A stretch of DNA of 56,009 nucleotides from an uncultured Staphylococcaceae bacterium (GCA_964654155.1 CAZZGL010000003.1:1-56009); one strand, 5' to 3'; shown: positions 26,079 through 36,531, counted from the stretch's first letter. Notes: generated by a model not told the origin, from the sequence alone. A program made the numbers and translations.

Positions 26079-28595
26079 CTACTTCATCTTCTTTTTAAGA
26101 TCATATAAATAGTTAAGAGCCTCTAAAGGAGTCATCGCTAAAGGATCAATATTTCTTACTTCTTTAATCCAAGCTTCTTCGCCTTCTTCTCGAGGTTTAA
26201 TAACTTCTAATGATGTTTGGATATCACGATTTTCTAACGCTAATAATATTTCACTTGCTCTATCTAACAATAAATCTGGAAGCTTTGCTAAACGAGCAAC
26301 ATTTATACCATATGATTTGTTCATTGCCCCATCTTTAACTTGATATAAAAAAGTAATTTTATTATTATCTTCAGCAACGCAAACTTGAACATTTCTTAAT
26401 GATGGTAATTCAGTTTCAAGAGATGTTAATTCATGATAGTGAGTGCTAAATAAAGTCTTAGCCTTAACACGAGAAACAATATATTCAATAATTGCCTGTG
26501 CAATAGCCATTCCATCAAATGTTGCAGTACCTCTTCCAATCTCATCAAAAATCAATAAAGATCTTTCAGTTGCGTGCCTTAAAGCATAATTTGCTTCATT
26601 CATCTCCACCATAAAAGTAGATTGTCCAGAAACCAAATCATCAGAAGCACCAATTCGAGTAAATATTTGATCAAATACCATCAAATTCGCTTCTGCTGCT
26701 GGAACATAACAACCAATCTGTGCGATTACAACAATTAAAGCTAATTCACGCATATATGTCGATTTACCACCCATATTTGGACCAGTAATCAATAAAACAT
26801 CTTGAGATGATGGAAGATATACATCATTTGCGACAAAATGCTCTTTTTTCATAACTTTTTCAATTACTGGATGTCGACCTTTTTTAATATCTATAATTCG
26901 CTCATTATTAAAAGTTGGACGAACATAACCTTCATTCGCGCTAACTTCCGCAAGTGAAACAAGAACATCTAAAAATGCAATTTGATTAGCTAGACGTTGA
27001 ATATTTTGTGTCACACCTTGAATAGTCTTTCTTATTTCTAAAAACAAGTCATATTCTAGTTTCATTCGCTTTTCATCAGCATTTAAAATAAGTGATTCTT
27101 TTTCTTTTAATTCTGCAGTTATAAAACGTTCACCATTAATTGTCGTTTGCTTACGCTCATAGCCCCATTCTTCTTGAACTAAATCCTTGCTTCCTTTGGA
27201 AATTTCAATATAATATCCAAAAACACGATTATAGCCAACTTTTAAAGTTTTAATTCCGGTTCGTTCTCTTTCTTTTGCCTCTAAAGAAGCAACCCAATTC
27301 TTACCTCCTGATGATAATTCAATCAGTTCATCAAGTTCTTGATTATAACCAGACTTGAAAATGCCACCTTCCTTAACACTAACAGGAGCATCTTCACTAA
27401 TCGCCCTTTCAATTAAATCACATATATTTTCAAGAGAATCCATTTCTTTACTCATCTTATCAAAATTAGGATTTTCTAAATCTAATAAAATATCTTTTAA
27501 ATGCGGAACTGCCTTTAAGGAATTCTTTAATTGTAATAGGTCTCTTCCATTTGCAGAGCCAAAACTAATTCTAGCAATAAGTCTTTCTAAATCGTAAACT
27601 TCATCTAACGCTACTTGAAGTTCTTGACGATTCATAAACTTATCAATTAAAGAAGCTATCATTGATTGACGAATTAATATTTCCTCTAAATCACAAGAAG
27701 GCTTTTGAATAAATTGTTTTAACAAACGCGCTCCCATCGCGGTCTTTGTTTGATCTAAAAGCCAAAACAAAGAGCCATATTTTTCATCACTTCTAATCGT
27801 TCTTGTTAATTCTAAGTTTAATCTAGAATAGGCGTCAATTTGTAAAGTTTTTACCGCTTTTATAACATGAACAGTTTGTAAATAATCTAAATTTCTTTTT
27901 TGAGTTCGCTTTAAATATGAAATAAGTCTTACAACCGCTTTCATTTGATATAAATCTTGAACTTCCGATAAAATATTCTCATATTCTAAACCAATTTCAT
28001 CATCATCCTCATAAGAAATTAATAGCTTTCGTTTTGTAGTTAATTCTTCTAAAACAGAAGTTGAAAAAGAAGAAGATATAATAATCTCCCTTGTTAATAA
28101 ATTATCCAGTTCACTAACTAATGAAACTAAATCTTTTTCAACATTCATAACATTAACTTCACCAGTAGAAATATCAGCAAAAGCAAGAACATAATTTAAA
28201 TCAGTAATATCAACCGCAACAATATAATTATTATCATCAGAGGCTAAATCCATTCTTGCTCCAGGAGTAATTATTTGAACAACATCCCTTTCGACAATTC
28301 CTTTAGCTAAAGAAGGATCTTCTAGTTGTTCAACAATACCAACTTTATAACCACGGTTAATAAGCTTAGCAATATATGACTTAATTGCATGGTATGGAAC
28401 ACCACACATCGGTACTTTTTCATCTGCACCCGCACTCTTTCCAGTTAAAGTTAATTGTAATTCTTTACTCGCAGTTTTAGCATCTTCAAAAAACAGTTCA
28501 TAAAAATCACCTAATCTAAATAGAATAAGTGTATCTGGATGTTTTTCTTTAATTGATAAATATTGCATCATCATTGGAGTATATTTAGGTTTCAT
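26079..28595 (-). CDS. mutS: DNA mismatch repair protein MutS
   Basis: TPMMMQYLSIKEKHPDTLILFRLGDFYELFFEDA, Walker A GPNMGGKSTYMR, DEIGRGT, 838 aa. Confidence 0.95.
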   Translation of the reverse strand: MKPKYTPMMMQYLSIKEKHPDTLILFRLGDFYELFFEDAKTASKELQLTLTGKSAGADEKVPMCGVPYHAIKSYIAKLINRGYKVGIVEQLEDPSLAKGIVERDVVQIITPGARMDLASDDNNYIVAVDITDLNYVLAFADISTGEVNVMNVEKDLVSLVSELDNLLTREIIISSSFSTSVLEELTTKRKLLISYEDDDEIGLEYENILSEVQDLYQMKAVVRLISYLKRTQKRNLDYLQTVHVIKAVKTLQIDAYSRLNLELTRTIRSDEKYGSLFWLLDQTKTAMGARLLKQFIQKPSCDLEEILIRQSMIASLIDKFMNRQELQVALDEVYDLERLIARISFGSANGRDLLQLKNSLKAVPHLKDILLDLENPNFDKMSKEMDSLENICDLIERAISEDAPVSVKEGGIFKSGYNQELDELIELSSGGKNWVASLEAKERERTGIKTLKVGYNRVFGYYIEISKGSKDLVQEEWGYERKQTTINGERFITAELKEKESLILNADEKRMKLEYDLFLEIRKTIQGVTQNIQRLANQIAFLDVLVSLAEVSANEGYVRPTFNNERIIDIKKGRHPVIEKVMKKEHFVANDVYLPSSQDVLLITGPNMGGKSTYMRELALIVVIAQIGCYVPAAEANLMVFDQIFTRIGASDDLVSGQSTFMVEMNEANYALRHATERSLLIFDEIGRGTATFDGMAIAQAIIEYIVSRVKAKTLFSTHYHELTSLETELPSLRNVQVCVAEDNNKITFLYQVKDGAMNKSYGINVARLAKLPDLLLDRASEILLALENRDIQTSLEVIKPREEGEEAWIKEVRNIDPLAMTPLEALNYLYDLKKKMK

Positions 28596-28677
28596 GCTAT
28601 CACCTCATTACTTGCATTTGTCTATGTTATGATAGCATAAATCCAAAAGGATTTATATATTTAATTTTTTGTAAACT

Positions 28678-29193
28678 TTATTTTTTAGATTCTAAATAAT
28701 TTGGATTAACATTCATAACAATTTCTTCATCTAAATCACTATCATCAATGTCATCTTCTTTAGTATCTACGGTCACAATTGCTTCGGCAAAAACATCGAT
28801 AATATATGAACTTTCAATTTTAATTTCAACAGTATTTTCATTAATTAAACTCATCCCAATTGCGGTAGGATATTTAACGACATGAACTTTAATATATTTT
28901 TCATCATTGAGCGTTTGAAGCTTTCTCCACGACATATTAACAGCTCCAAAAAAAGATACTGTTTCATTATAAACACATGTTTTCTGATCATTGTCTGTTG
29001 CATACCATAATTGAATATCATAACTACCATTAACAACTACATTTTTTTTGCTTTCTTCCGGATTACATTGATGATTAATAATCCAACATCCTAATGTTTT
29101 AGATGAAGATTCAGGCAGAACTAAAGTTTTTACTTCTAAAGAATCATATTTACCTTTCCCAATAAGCGTTTTAACAATAATTTCTCTAAACAA
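28678..29193 (-). CDS. cotE: Spore coat morphogenetic protein CotE
   Basis: Matches remembered B. subtilis CotE: REIIVKTLIGKGK (Bs REIITKAVVAKGR), LGCWIINH (Bs LGGWIINH), YDIQLWY (Bs YDINVWY), and an acidic C-terminus. It sits between ymcA and mutS as in Bacillus. The likely start is TTG at 29193, because the track's GTG at 29202 is part of the GAGGTGA SD. Confidence 0.7.
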   Translation of the reverse strand: MFREIIVKTLIGKGKYDSLEVKTLVLPESSSKTLGCWIINHQCNPEESKKNVVVNGSYDIQLWYATDNDQKTCVYNETVSFFGAVNMSWRKLQTLNDEKYIKVHVVKYPTAIGMSLINENTVEIKIESSYIIDVFAEAIVTVDTKEDDIDDSDLDEEIVMNVNPNYLESKK

Positions 29194-29233
29194 AAAAATC
29201 ACCTCATTTCAATATATGAAACAAGGTGAAAAT

Positions 29234-29563
29234 TTATTTTTCAATAATCTTTTTAATTTCCATTAATATATTATAAACATTTTCTTTTACAATTTCAAAA
29301 TTTTGAATTAATGGATGTTCTGTATATTTTTTTAATAATAATTCATATTCTTCTTTAGCTTTAAAATATTTGTCATCTAAATCGATATTTAAAGTCATTT
29401 CTTGCTTTAATAAAGTTATTTTTTCTTTAATTAAAACAAGTTCTGCATTGTTATCAATTTCACTTTTTAGCTTAAAATATGTTTTTACTTCTTCTAAAGA
29501 AAACAATTCATTTTTTAAATCTTCTAATGCTTGATCAAAATCATTCATTAACAATTTCTCCAA
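29234..29563 (-). CDS. ymcA: YlbF/YmcA-family protein (RicA-like)
   Basis: ~105-aa helical protein located between miaB and cotE, as ymcA is in B. subtilis. The sequence is only loosely family-like. Confidence 0.45.
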   Translation of the reverse strand: MEKLLMNDFDQALEDLKNELFSLEEVKTYFKLKSEIDNNAELVLIKEKITLLKQEMTLNIDLDDKYFKAKEEYELLLKKYTEHPLIQNFEIVKENVYNILMEIKKIIEK

Positions 29564-30986
29564 TCATGGAATATAAATGAGATTCAATGATTTTCACTTT
29601 TACGATTGTTCCCACCAAAGAATTATCTCCTTTAAAATGAACAAGTTTATTAGTTTCAGTATAACCTGATAAAACTTCTTTATTTCTTTTTGAAGCACCT
29701 TCCACTAATACGCTATAAACATTACCAATCATTGCTTCCGCCTTTTTTATTGCTTCTTCTTCTACTACTTCAACGAGGCGATCAAAACGAGCATGCTTTG
29801 TTTCATCACTAACTTCATCTTCCATCATTGCCGCTGGTGTTCCAATACGTGGAGAATAAATAAATGTAAATGCACTATCATATCCTACCTCACGAACAAT
29901 TTTAAGTGTATCTTCAAATTGCTCATCAGTTTCATTTGGAAATCCGACAATAATATCAGTAGATAACGCTAATCCCTTTATTTTAGCTCTCATCTTTTTA
30001 ACTAATTCAATATATTGTGATGAAGTATATCTTCTTCCCATTCTTCGAAGAACTTCATCATTTCCAGATTGAACCGGAAGATGAATGAATGGAAGAATAG
30101 AATCATACTTAGCAATAACATCGATCATTTCATCACTAAAATCCCAAGGATGAGATGTCATAAACTTAATTCTAGGTACACCTAGTTTAGCAGCTTGCTC
30201 TAAAAGTGTGGCAAAATTTACTCCATTTGGTAAATCTTTACCATAGGCATTAACATTTTGTCCTAAATAAGTGATTTCTAAATAACCTTGAGATAATAAC
30301 TCTTTTGTCTCATTTAAAATATCATCTAACTCTCTGCTTCTTTGTTTTCCTCTTGTATAAGGAACGATGCAGTATGTACAAAATTTATCACAACCATACA
30401 TAATATTAACATATGCTTTTTTCTTATCTAAGCGAACCGATGGAGTGTTTTCAATTACTTCTCCAGTTTTTGATTCAACGGCAATAACTCGTTTTTGTTC
30501 ACGATAAATAATCTCAAGATAATCAAGTATTTGATGAATGTTATGAGTTCCAAACAAAAGATCAACATGTCGATAAGTTTTTTCAATCGTATCAACTATA
30601 TGAGGCTCTTGAATCATACAACCACCAAGAGCAATAATAAGATCTTTCTTTTTATTCTTAAGACCTTTTAATTGACCAATTTCCCCATATACACGATCTT
30701 CAGCATTTTCTCTTACTGCACATGTATTTAAAATAACAAGGTCAGCATCATTAATATCGCTTGCGCATTCATAACCTGCAAGTTCAAGAATACCTTTCAT
30801 TGTTTCTTCATCACGAACATTAGCTTGACAGCCATATGTACGAATAAAATACTTCTTACCTTGAACAATGTTTCTTAAAAAAGTTGAAACAATAATTTCA
30901 TCTCTTTTAATCATTGTTGATTCATTTTTATTACGATACCTAGCATCTTTTAATGATGGTCTACTTTTAATAATGCAACCTTTCAT
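29541..30986 (-). CDS. miaB: tRNA-2-methylthio-N6-dimethylallyladenosine synthase
   Basis: FIRTYGCQANVRDEE, radical-SAM motif CDKFCTYCIVP, TRAM C-terminus. The N-terminal PSLKDAR segment resembles B. subtilis YmcB. Confidence 0.9.
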   Translation of the reverse strand: MKGCIIKSRPSLKDARYRNKNESTMIKRDEIIVSTFLRNIVQGKKYFIRTYGCQANVRDEETMKGILELAGYECASDINDADLVILNTCAVRENAEDRVYGEIGQLKGLKNKKKDLIIALGGCMIQEPHIVDTIEKTYRHVDLLFGTHNIHQILDYLEIIYREQKRVIAVESKTGEVIENTPSVRLDKKKAYVNIMYGCDKFCTYCIVPYTRGKQRSRELDDILNETKELLSQGYLEITYLGQNVNAYGKDLPNGVNFATLLEQAAKLGVPRIKFMTSHPWDFSDEMIDVIAKYDSILPFIHLPVQSGNDEVLRRMGRRYTSSQYIELVKKMRAKIKGLALSTDIIVGFPNETDEQFEDTLKIVREVGYDSAFTFIYSPRIGTPAAMMEDEVSDETKHARFDRLVEVVEEEAIKKAEAMIGNVYSVLVEGASKRNKEVLSGYTETNKLVHFKGDNSLVGTIVKVKIIESHLYSMIGEIVNE

Positions 30987-31002
30987 ACTACTTACCTACT
31001 TT

Positions 31003-31272
31003 CTACATAGTTTTCTTTTTTATCTTTAATCTAATTGCGGTTTTAATTTCCCCATTGATTTTTATCTCTTGAAAATTAGGAATAATTTCAATGTCTTCAC
31101 CTAAAGGTGTTAAATAACCTCTTAATACAATAATTGATTTTATGGCTTGATTCAAGGCTCCTGCACCAATAGTTTGAACATCTATACTATTTTGTTCTTT
31201 TAAAATATTAGATAAAGAACCCGCAACTGCACTAACACTAGACTCTGTTTTTACTTTAACAATTTTAATCAT
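31003..31272 (-). CDS. spoVS: Stage V sporulation protein S
   Basis: IKIVKVKTESSVSAVAGSLSNILKEQNSIDVQTIGAGALNQAIKSIIVLRGY aligns with B. subtilis SpoVS (AIGAGALNQAVKAVAIARGF). The ATG at 31272 follows AGAGGG. Confidence 0.85.
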   Translation of the reverse strand: MIKIVKVKTESSVSAVAGSLSNILKEQNSIDVQTIGAGALNQAIKSIIVLRGYLTPLGEDIEIIPNFQEIKINGEIKTAIRLKIKKKTM

Positions 31273-31310
31273 ATTATTTACCCTCTTAATCAATTTATGA
31301 TTAGAAGATA

Positions 31311-32099
31311 TTAAATATGTTCATCAAATAATGTAATCGATTTAATTGATAACGCTGTTCCATTGTTCTCATCAACATCAATTACAACAGCGTTTAAAAC
31401 GCTTCCTTTTTCACTTTCTATTTCATAACGTATTTTTTCTTTATTCCAAAGACGACCAATAACCACTTCTTTTTTAGCTCCTAAAATCCCATTATATGGG
31501 CCACACATTCCAACATCACACATGAATGCTGTTCCATTATTCAATATTCTTTCATCATGTGTTTGAACGTGAGTATGCGTACCAATAACCGCAGTTACTT
31601 GACCATCAAACGCCCACGCTAAAGCTTGTTTTTCTCCAGTTGCTTCTGCATGGAAATCAACAATATGAATATCCGCTTTTTCTTCATTATCAATAATCTC
31701 TTTTAACGAGTCAAAAGGATTATTAACTTCTTCAAGCATAAATGCTTCCCCTAATAAATTGGTAATTCTTATACGAATATCGCCAACTTCATAAATTGCA
31801 GTACCAACTCCACCAAATTCATTTATTAAATTATAAGGTCTAATAAGATAATCTGCTCCATTAATAAACTCATTAATTTCACTTTTTGAATTATAGTGAT
31901 TTCCTAGAGTGAGGACATCAATACCCGCTTTCAAAAGTTGATTATAATGATTTTCAATTAAGCCTTTACCATGAGTGGCATTTTCTCCATTAGCTATAAC
32001 AAAATCAATGCCATATTTTTTAATTAAAGAAGGCAAATTATTCATAACTATTGTTCGACCACTTTTACCAACAATATCACCAATAAATAATATTTTCAT
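31311..32099 (-). CDS. ymdB: YmdB-family metallophosphoesterase (2',3'-cyclic-nucleotide 2'-phosphodiesterase)
   Basis: MKILFIGDIVGKSGR, NGENATHGKG, GTHTHVQT. It lies downstream of rny as in Bacillus. Confidence 0.88.
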   Translation of the reverse strand: MKILFIGDIVGKSGRTIVMNNLPSLIKKYGIDFVIANGENATHGKGLIENHYNQLLKAGIDVLTLGNHYNSKSEINEFINGADYLIRPYNLINEFGGVGTAIYEVGDIRIRITNLLGEAFMLEEVNNPFDSLKEIIDNEEKADIHIVDFHAEATGEKQALAWAFDGQVTAVIGTHTHVQTHDERILNNGTAFMCDVGMCGPYNGILGAKKEVVIGRLWNKEKIRYEIESEKGSVLNAVVIDVDENNGTALSIKSITLFDEHI

Positions 32100-32113
32100 T
32101 AAATATTTCCTCC

Positions 32114-32146
32114 TTTTAAAAGTAAATAGGACCGAAGCGGCCCTAT
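32114..32146 (-). terminator. Stem-loop between rny and ymdB (partial terminator or processing signal)
   Basis: Minus strand reads ATAGGGCCG-CTT-CGGTCCTAT (9 bp, one G.U), then TTACTTTT, immediately before the ymdB SD. Confidence 0.4.
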
Positions 32147-32150
32147 TTAA

Positions 32151-33716
32151 TTATTTTGCTAATTCAACTGCCCGCATTTCACGAATAACCGAAACTTTAA
32201 TTTGACCAGGATAAGTCATCTCTGTTTCTATTTTTTCACGAATTTCACGTGCTAATTTAAATGCACCTAAGTCATCAATTTTTTCTGGAACGACCATTAT
32301 ACGAACTTCACGACCCGATTGCATTGCAAAGCATTGACTTACACCTTCATATGATTTACAAATTGTCTCTAATTGTTCAATTCTCTTAACATAATTTTCT
32401 AAAGTCTCAGATCTTGCTCCAGGTCTTGCTGCTGATAACGTATCCGCCGCTGCAACTAAAGTTGAAATAATAAATTTAGCATCTACATCTCCATGATGTG
32501 ATTCAATTGCATTAATAACAACTTCTGGTTCACCATATTTTTTAGCTAATCTTACACCAATTTCAATATGATTTCCATCAAGTTCAAAATCTGCAGCCTT
32601 TCCAATATCATGTAACAATCCAGCACGTTTTGCTAGGTTTTGATCTAGTCCTAACTCAGCAGCCATAATTCCACATAAATAAGCAACTTCGATTGAATGG
32701 TCTAATGCATTTTGACCATAACTGGTACGATATTTTAAACGTCCGACATAATCAAGTAATTCTTTATTAATTCTTGGAAGACCAAGTTTAAACGCCACTT
32801 CTTGACCAGTTTTACGAACTGATTCATTAACTTCTTGACGACATTTTTCAACAACTTCTTCAATTCTTCCAGGTTGAATACGTCCATCTTTAATTAACAA
32901 TTCCAAAGCGCGACGAGCAATCTCTCTTCTAATTGGGTCAAAGCATGAAACTGTAATAACTTCAGGCGTATCATCAATTAATAAATCAACTCCTAATAAT
33001 TGTTCTAAAGTACGAATATTACGTCCTTCTCTTCCAATAATTCTTCCTTTCATTTCATCGCTTGGTAAAGCAACAACTGAAACAGTTCTTTCTGTAGTAA
33101 CCTCTTGAGAATATTTTGAAATTGCTAAAGATAATATTTCTCTAGCGCTAGTATCCGCAGCATCACGCGCTTCTTCTTCCTTGTTTTTGATATAAGCTGC
33201 AAGTTCACGTGATAATTTTGCTTCAACACGTTTAAATATTTCTTCACGTGCTTCATTAACTGACATATTAGAAACTTTTTCTAATTCAGCAATAATTGAA
33301 TCAATTTTCTCTTGAAGAAGTTGTTCTTTATGTTCAAGTTCTTTCATTCGTTTTGATAAAGCTTCACTTTTTTCTTCTAAAGTATTTTCTTTGGCTAACA
33401 ATGCCAAATCACGTCTTTCAATTCCTTGCTCGCGTTGTAACAATTTATTTTCCGACGCTGCTAATTCACCTTTTTTCTCTTTAATCTCCTTTTCTGCTTC
33501 AATTTTCATTTCATAAGCGGTTTGCTTTGCATCCAATTGTGCAGTCTTAATAATATGATCTGCTTTAGTTTCGGCTTCTTTTAGCAATTTATCACTTTTC
33601 TTTTGAGCTTGTTTGAAATTAAAAAACGGAACAAATAGTGTTGCAATAATTCCTAATCCGATACCCAAAATGATAAATATAATAAATAAACCTGGATCAA
33701 TGTTAAATAAAATCAT
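32151..33716 (-). CDS. rny: Ribonuclease Y
   Basis: N-terminal TM helix, coiled coil, KH domain ([12 protein letters not shown]) and HD domain (LLHDIGKA). The ATG at 33716 follows AAGGGGA. Confidence 0.93.
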   Translation of the reverse strand: MILFNIDPGLFIIFIILGIGLGIIATLFVPFFNFKQAQKKSDKLLKEAETKADHIIKTAQLDAKQTAYEMKIEAEKEIKEKKGELAASENKLLQREQGIERRDLALLAKENTLEEKSEALSKRMKELEHKEQLLQEKIDSIIAELEKVSNMSVNEAREEIFKRVEAKLSRELAAYIKNKEEEARDAADTSAREILSLAISKYSQEVTTERTVSVVALPSDEMKGRIIGREGRNIRTLEQLLGVDLLIDDTPEVITVSCFDPIRREIARRALELLIKDGRIQPGRIEEVVEKCRQEVNESVRKTGQEVAFKLGLPRINKELLDYVGRLKYRTSYGQNALDHSIEVAYLCGIMAAELGLDQNLAKRAGLLHDIGKAADFELDGNHIEIGVRLAKKYGEPEVVINAIESHHGDVDAKFIISTLVAAADTLSAARPGARSETLENYVKRIEQLETICKSYEGVSQCFAMQSGREVRIMVVPEKIDDLGAFKLAREIREKIETEMTYPGQIKVSVIREMRAVELAK

Positions 33717-33915
33717 TTTGTTTCCCCTTTCATTATGTTTAAACGACAAAAAAGTCGGTTTTTACCGCCTTAAAGTAAAGGAACTACATTACCATAAGGC
33801 ATAGTTATCCCTGTAGGTTTTAATTATTCATCCAAAATTTTATGTTATAAGTCTTTTTGACTTTAAAAAGAAAATGGAATCTATATACAAGGTAATGTGT
33901 TTACCACACACAATT

Positions 33916-33924
33916 AGTATAGCA
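33916..33924 (-). promoter_or_regulatory. Possible extended -10 element (TGcTATACT) for rny
   Basis: Minus strand reads TTTGCTATACTAAT, about 200 nt upstream of the rny start. No good -35 element. Confidence 0.3.
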
Positions 33925-33952
33925 AATAAAAAAGTCTTATAAAAGAAAAAAA

Positions 33953-33979
33953 TAAAAAAAAGAGGGTATATTTCAACCC
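33953..33979 (-). terminator. Weak putative terminator after recA
   Basis: Minus strand reads GGGT-TGAAATAT-ACCC then CTCTTTTTTTT. The stem is only 4 bp. Confidence 0.35.
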
Positions 33980-33981
33980 AC

Positions 33982-35010
33982 TTATTTATCTTGCTCAGTA
34001 GCCTCGATATTTTTATTCAATAAAGAATTTCTAATACTTGAATATACTTCATCAAACACTTCTTTATTATCCATTAAATATTTTTTAGCATTTTCTCGAC
34101 CTTGTCCCATTCTTTCACCATTTAGTTCATACCAAGAACCCGATTTTTTAATTATACCTAGTTCTACACCTAAATCGATAACCTCACCATAACGAGAAAT
34201 GCCTTCTCCATAAATAATGTCGACTTTACATGTTTTAAATGGTGGCGCAACTTTATTCTTAACAATCTTTAAAGCAACAGTATTACCAATAATATCCGCA
34301 CCTTCTTTAATAACTTCAGAACGACGAATATCAATTCTAACAGAAGCATAGAACTTCAAAGCTCTACCTCCAGTTGTAGTTTCAGGATTACCATACATAA
34401 CGCCAACTTTTTCTCTTAATTGGTTAATAAAGATAACTGTACAAAGCGATTTATTAAGAACACCCGCTAGTTTGCGCATTGCTTTAGACATTAATCGAGC
34501 TTGTAAACCAACTTGATTATCACTCATAACTCCTTCAATTTCCGCTTGTGGAACCAAAGCCGCTACAGAGTCAACAACAATAATATCAATTGCGTTTGAT
34601 TTAGCTAATAACTCAACAATTTCTAATGCTTGTTCACCATTATCAGGTTGAGAAAGAATTAATTCATCAACATTAACCCCTAATCTTTTTGCATAAACTG
34701 GGTCAATCGCGTGTTCAGCATCAACAAAGGCCGCTCTTCCACCCTTAGCTTGACATTCAGCAATTGCGTGTAAAGCAAATGTTGTTTTTCCTGATGACTC
34801 TGGTCCAAATATTTCAATAATTCTTCCTTTTGGATATCCGCCAATTCCTAACGCGTTGTCTAATAAAATTGAACCTGTCGGAATCGAATCAACATCAACT
34901 GTTGGTCGGTCTCCTAATTTCATGATTGAACCTTTACCATAAATCTTTTCAATACTTCTTAAAGCTTCGTCTAAGGCTTCTTCTTTTGTTTTAACTTTCT
35001 CTTGTGCCAT
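33982..35010 (-). CDS. recA: Recombinase RecA
   Basis: [26 protein letters not shown]-like motif ([11 protein letters not shown]), 342 aa. Confidence 0.96.
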   Translation of the reverse strand: MAQEKVKTKEEALDEALRSIEKIYGKGSIMKLGDRPTVDVDSIPTGSILLDNALGIGGYPKGRIIEIFGPESSGKTTFALHAIAECQAKGGRAAFVDAEHAIDPVYAKRLGVNVDELILSQPDNGEQALEIVELLAKSNAIDIIVVDSVAALVPQAEIEGVMSDNQVGLQARLMSKAMRKLAGVLNKSLCTVIFINQLREKVGVMYGNPETTTGGRALKFYASVRIDIRRSEVIKEGADIIGNTVALKIVKNKVAPPFKTCKVDIIYGEGISRYGEVIDLGVELGIIKKSGSWYELNGERMGQGRENAKKYLMDNKEVFDEVYSSIRNSLLNKNIEATEQDK

Positions 35011-35056
35011 ATCAAATCACTCCCTAATATATATTTCGCTTTGTTTTTTATTTTTC

Positions 35057-35527
35057 CTAGTTTTTTCTAATTATTTCCATCACTAATTCCATTGCTTTAA
35101 GTGATGCTTCTTCTCTAATTCTATTTCGATCCATATTGTCCATTTGCACTTCATAAATATTTGTGCTCTTTTCAGTGGCGATACCAATAAACAACCTTCC
35201 TACAGGTAACTTATCTAACGCAGTAGGACCAGCATTACCTGTAAAAGAAACACAAATATCAACATCAAGTTTTCTTTTACCTCTTAATGCCATTTCTTTA
35301 GCTATTTCTTTTGAAACCACTCCATGCAATTTAACATCCTCGCTATCAATATCAAGCAATAACGTTTTAACATCTGTTTGATAAGTAACAAGGCTACCTC
35401 TTAAAACACTAGAAGCGCCTGGAACACTAGCAATTAAAGAAGAAAACAATCCTGCAGTAAATGATTCTACCGAACCAATTGTTAATTTTCTTTCTTTTAA
35501 AAAAGATACAAATTTTTGTTCAATCAT
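35057..35527 (-). CDS. cinA: CinA C-terminal domain only (nicotinamide-nucleotide amidohydrolase PncC-like)
   Basis: GSVESFTAGLFSSLIASVPGASSVLRGSLVTY...SFTGNAGP. At 156 aa it lacks the N-terminal MoCF domain. It sits between pgsA and recA as in Bacillus. Confidence 0.8.
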   Translation of the reverse strand: MIEQKFVSFLKERKLTIGSVESFTAGLFSSLIASVPGASSVLRGSLVTYQTDVKTLLLDIDSEDVKLHGVVSKEIAKEMALRGKRKLDVDICVSFTGNAGPTALDKLPVGRLFIGIATEKSTNIYEVQMDNMDRNRIREEASLKAMELVMEIIRKN

Positions 35528-36159
35528 CACTTATCACCTTTAAATATTTGTCTATTCTTATATAAATAAATCACACATGATACAACTGAAGCAACCGATG
35601 CTATATAACATAAAATATTCGTAACATTAACATTCCATCCAAAATAAACAAAAGGCCAGTTATTTAATAATACAAATGTTAAGGCAACCATTTGAAGTAC
35701 AGTTTTAATTTTACCCGACCATCCTGCCGCCATAACTTGTTGTTGTTCCATTGCTAACAATCTAATCGCATCTACAATCAAATCACGACTGATCATAATT
35801 ATTACTACAAGCATTGGAACTCCAGTTTCACCTATAAAACCAAAGCCATAAGTTGACATTGGAAGCGCATGGAATATTAAAACACAATCAACAAGTAATT
35901 TATCCGCAATCGGATCCATAAACTTTCCATAATTAGTAACAAGATTATACTTCCTTGCTAAATGTCCATCTAAGAAATCAGAAAAGCTTGCTATTAAAAA
36001 TAAAGTGCAAATAATAATATCAAACAAAGTTAATTGCCAATTATTCTTAGAAGCAATAATAGGATTAGCAATATCAGTAACTCCAGTTATAACTAACAAA
36101 ACTAATATTACTCCAACCATTACCATTCTAAAAGTGGTTATTTTATTAGGTAAATTCAT
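35527..36159 (-). CDS. pgsA: CDP-diacylglycerol--glycerol-3-phosphate 3-phosphatidyltransferase
   Basis: CDP-alcohol phosphotransferase motif DGHLARKYNLVTNYGKFMDPIADK, multi-TM, 210 aa. Confidence 0.88.
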   Translation of the reverse strand: MNLPNKITTFRMVMVGVILVLLVITGVTDIANPIIASKNNWQLTLFDIIICTLFLIASFSDFLDGHLARKYNLVTNYGKFMDPIADKLLVDCVLIFHALPMSTYGFGFIGETGVPMLVVIIMISRDLIVDAIRLLAMEQQQVMAAGWSGKIKTVLQMVALTFVLLNNWPFVYFGWNVNVTNILCYIASVASVVSCVIYLYKNRQIFKGDK

Positions 36160-36179
36160 AATGTTAAACTCCTTATTAA

Positions 36180-36530
36180 TGAGTATCGATCCTGTAAGCC
36201 ATGTTTTGTCTAGGATAATTATTTATCTATGCAATACTGCATGTTAGTTAAGATTCGTTTCTCTTTTCTAACTTCCTCTACCAAATTTGAGTTTCTCGCT
36301 TGAGGGGTTTACCGCGTTCCACTTTATTGTTTCCAATAAACTACGTCACTGTGGCACTTTATAGATTTAAACCATATCAATAATGACTTAGGTATCAATC
36401 CGCCGTTATATGCTCCCACATACCTAGCGTTATTTTTTCCGCTAGCACAAACACTACTACCATCACAGATAGTGCGAGCATGGACTTTCCTCTAATGCTA
36501 TATAGCACCAGCAATTATCCAGATCGAATT
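36180..36530 (-). ncRNA. rnpB: RNase P RNA, type B (Firmicute type), ~350 nt
   Basis: Minus strand contains GAGGAAAGTCCATGCTCGCAC (CR-I), AAGTGCCACAGTGACG, GTGGAACGCGGTAAACCCCTCAAGCGAGAAAC and ACATGGCTTACAGGATCGA, collinear with remembered B. subtilis rnpB. P1 is TCGATCT paired with GGATCGA. The ends are uncertain by about 10 nt. Confidence 0.9.
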
Positions 36531-36531
36531 C

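Noticed and set aside
36005-36247. 80-aa plus-strand ORF spanning the pgsA start and the 3' part of rnpB
   Set aside because: It is antisense to pgsA and to a well-supported RNase P RNA, so it is not credible as coding.
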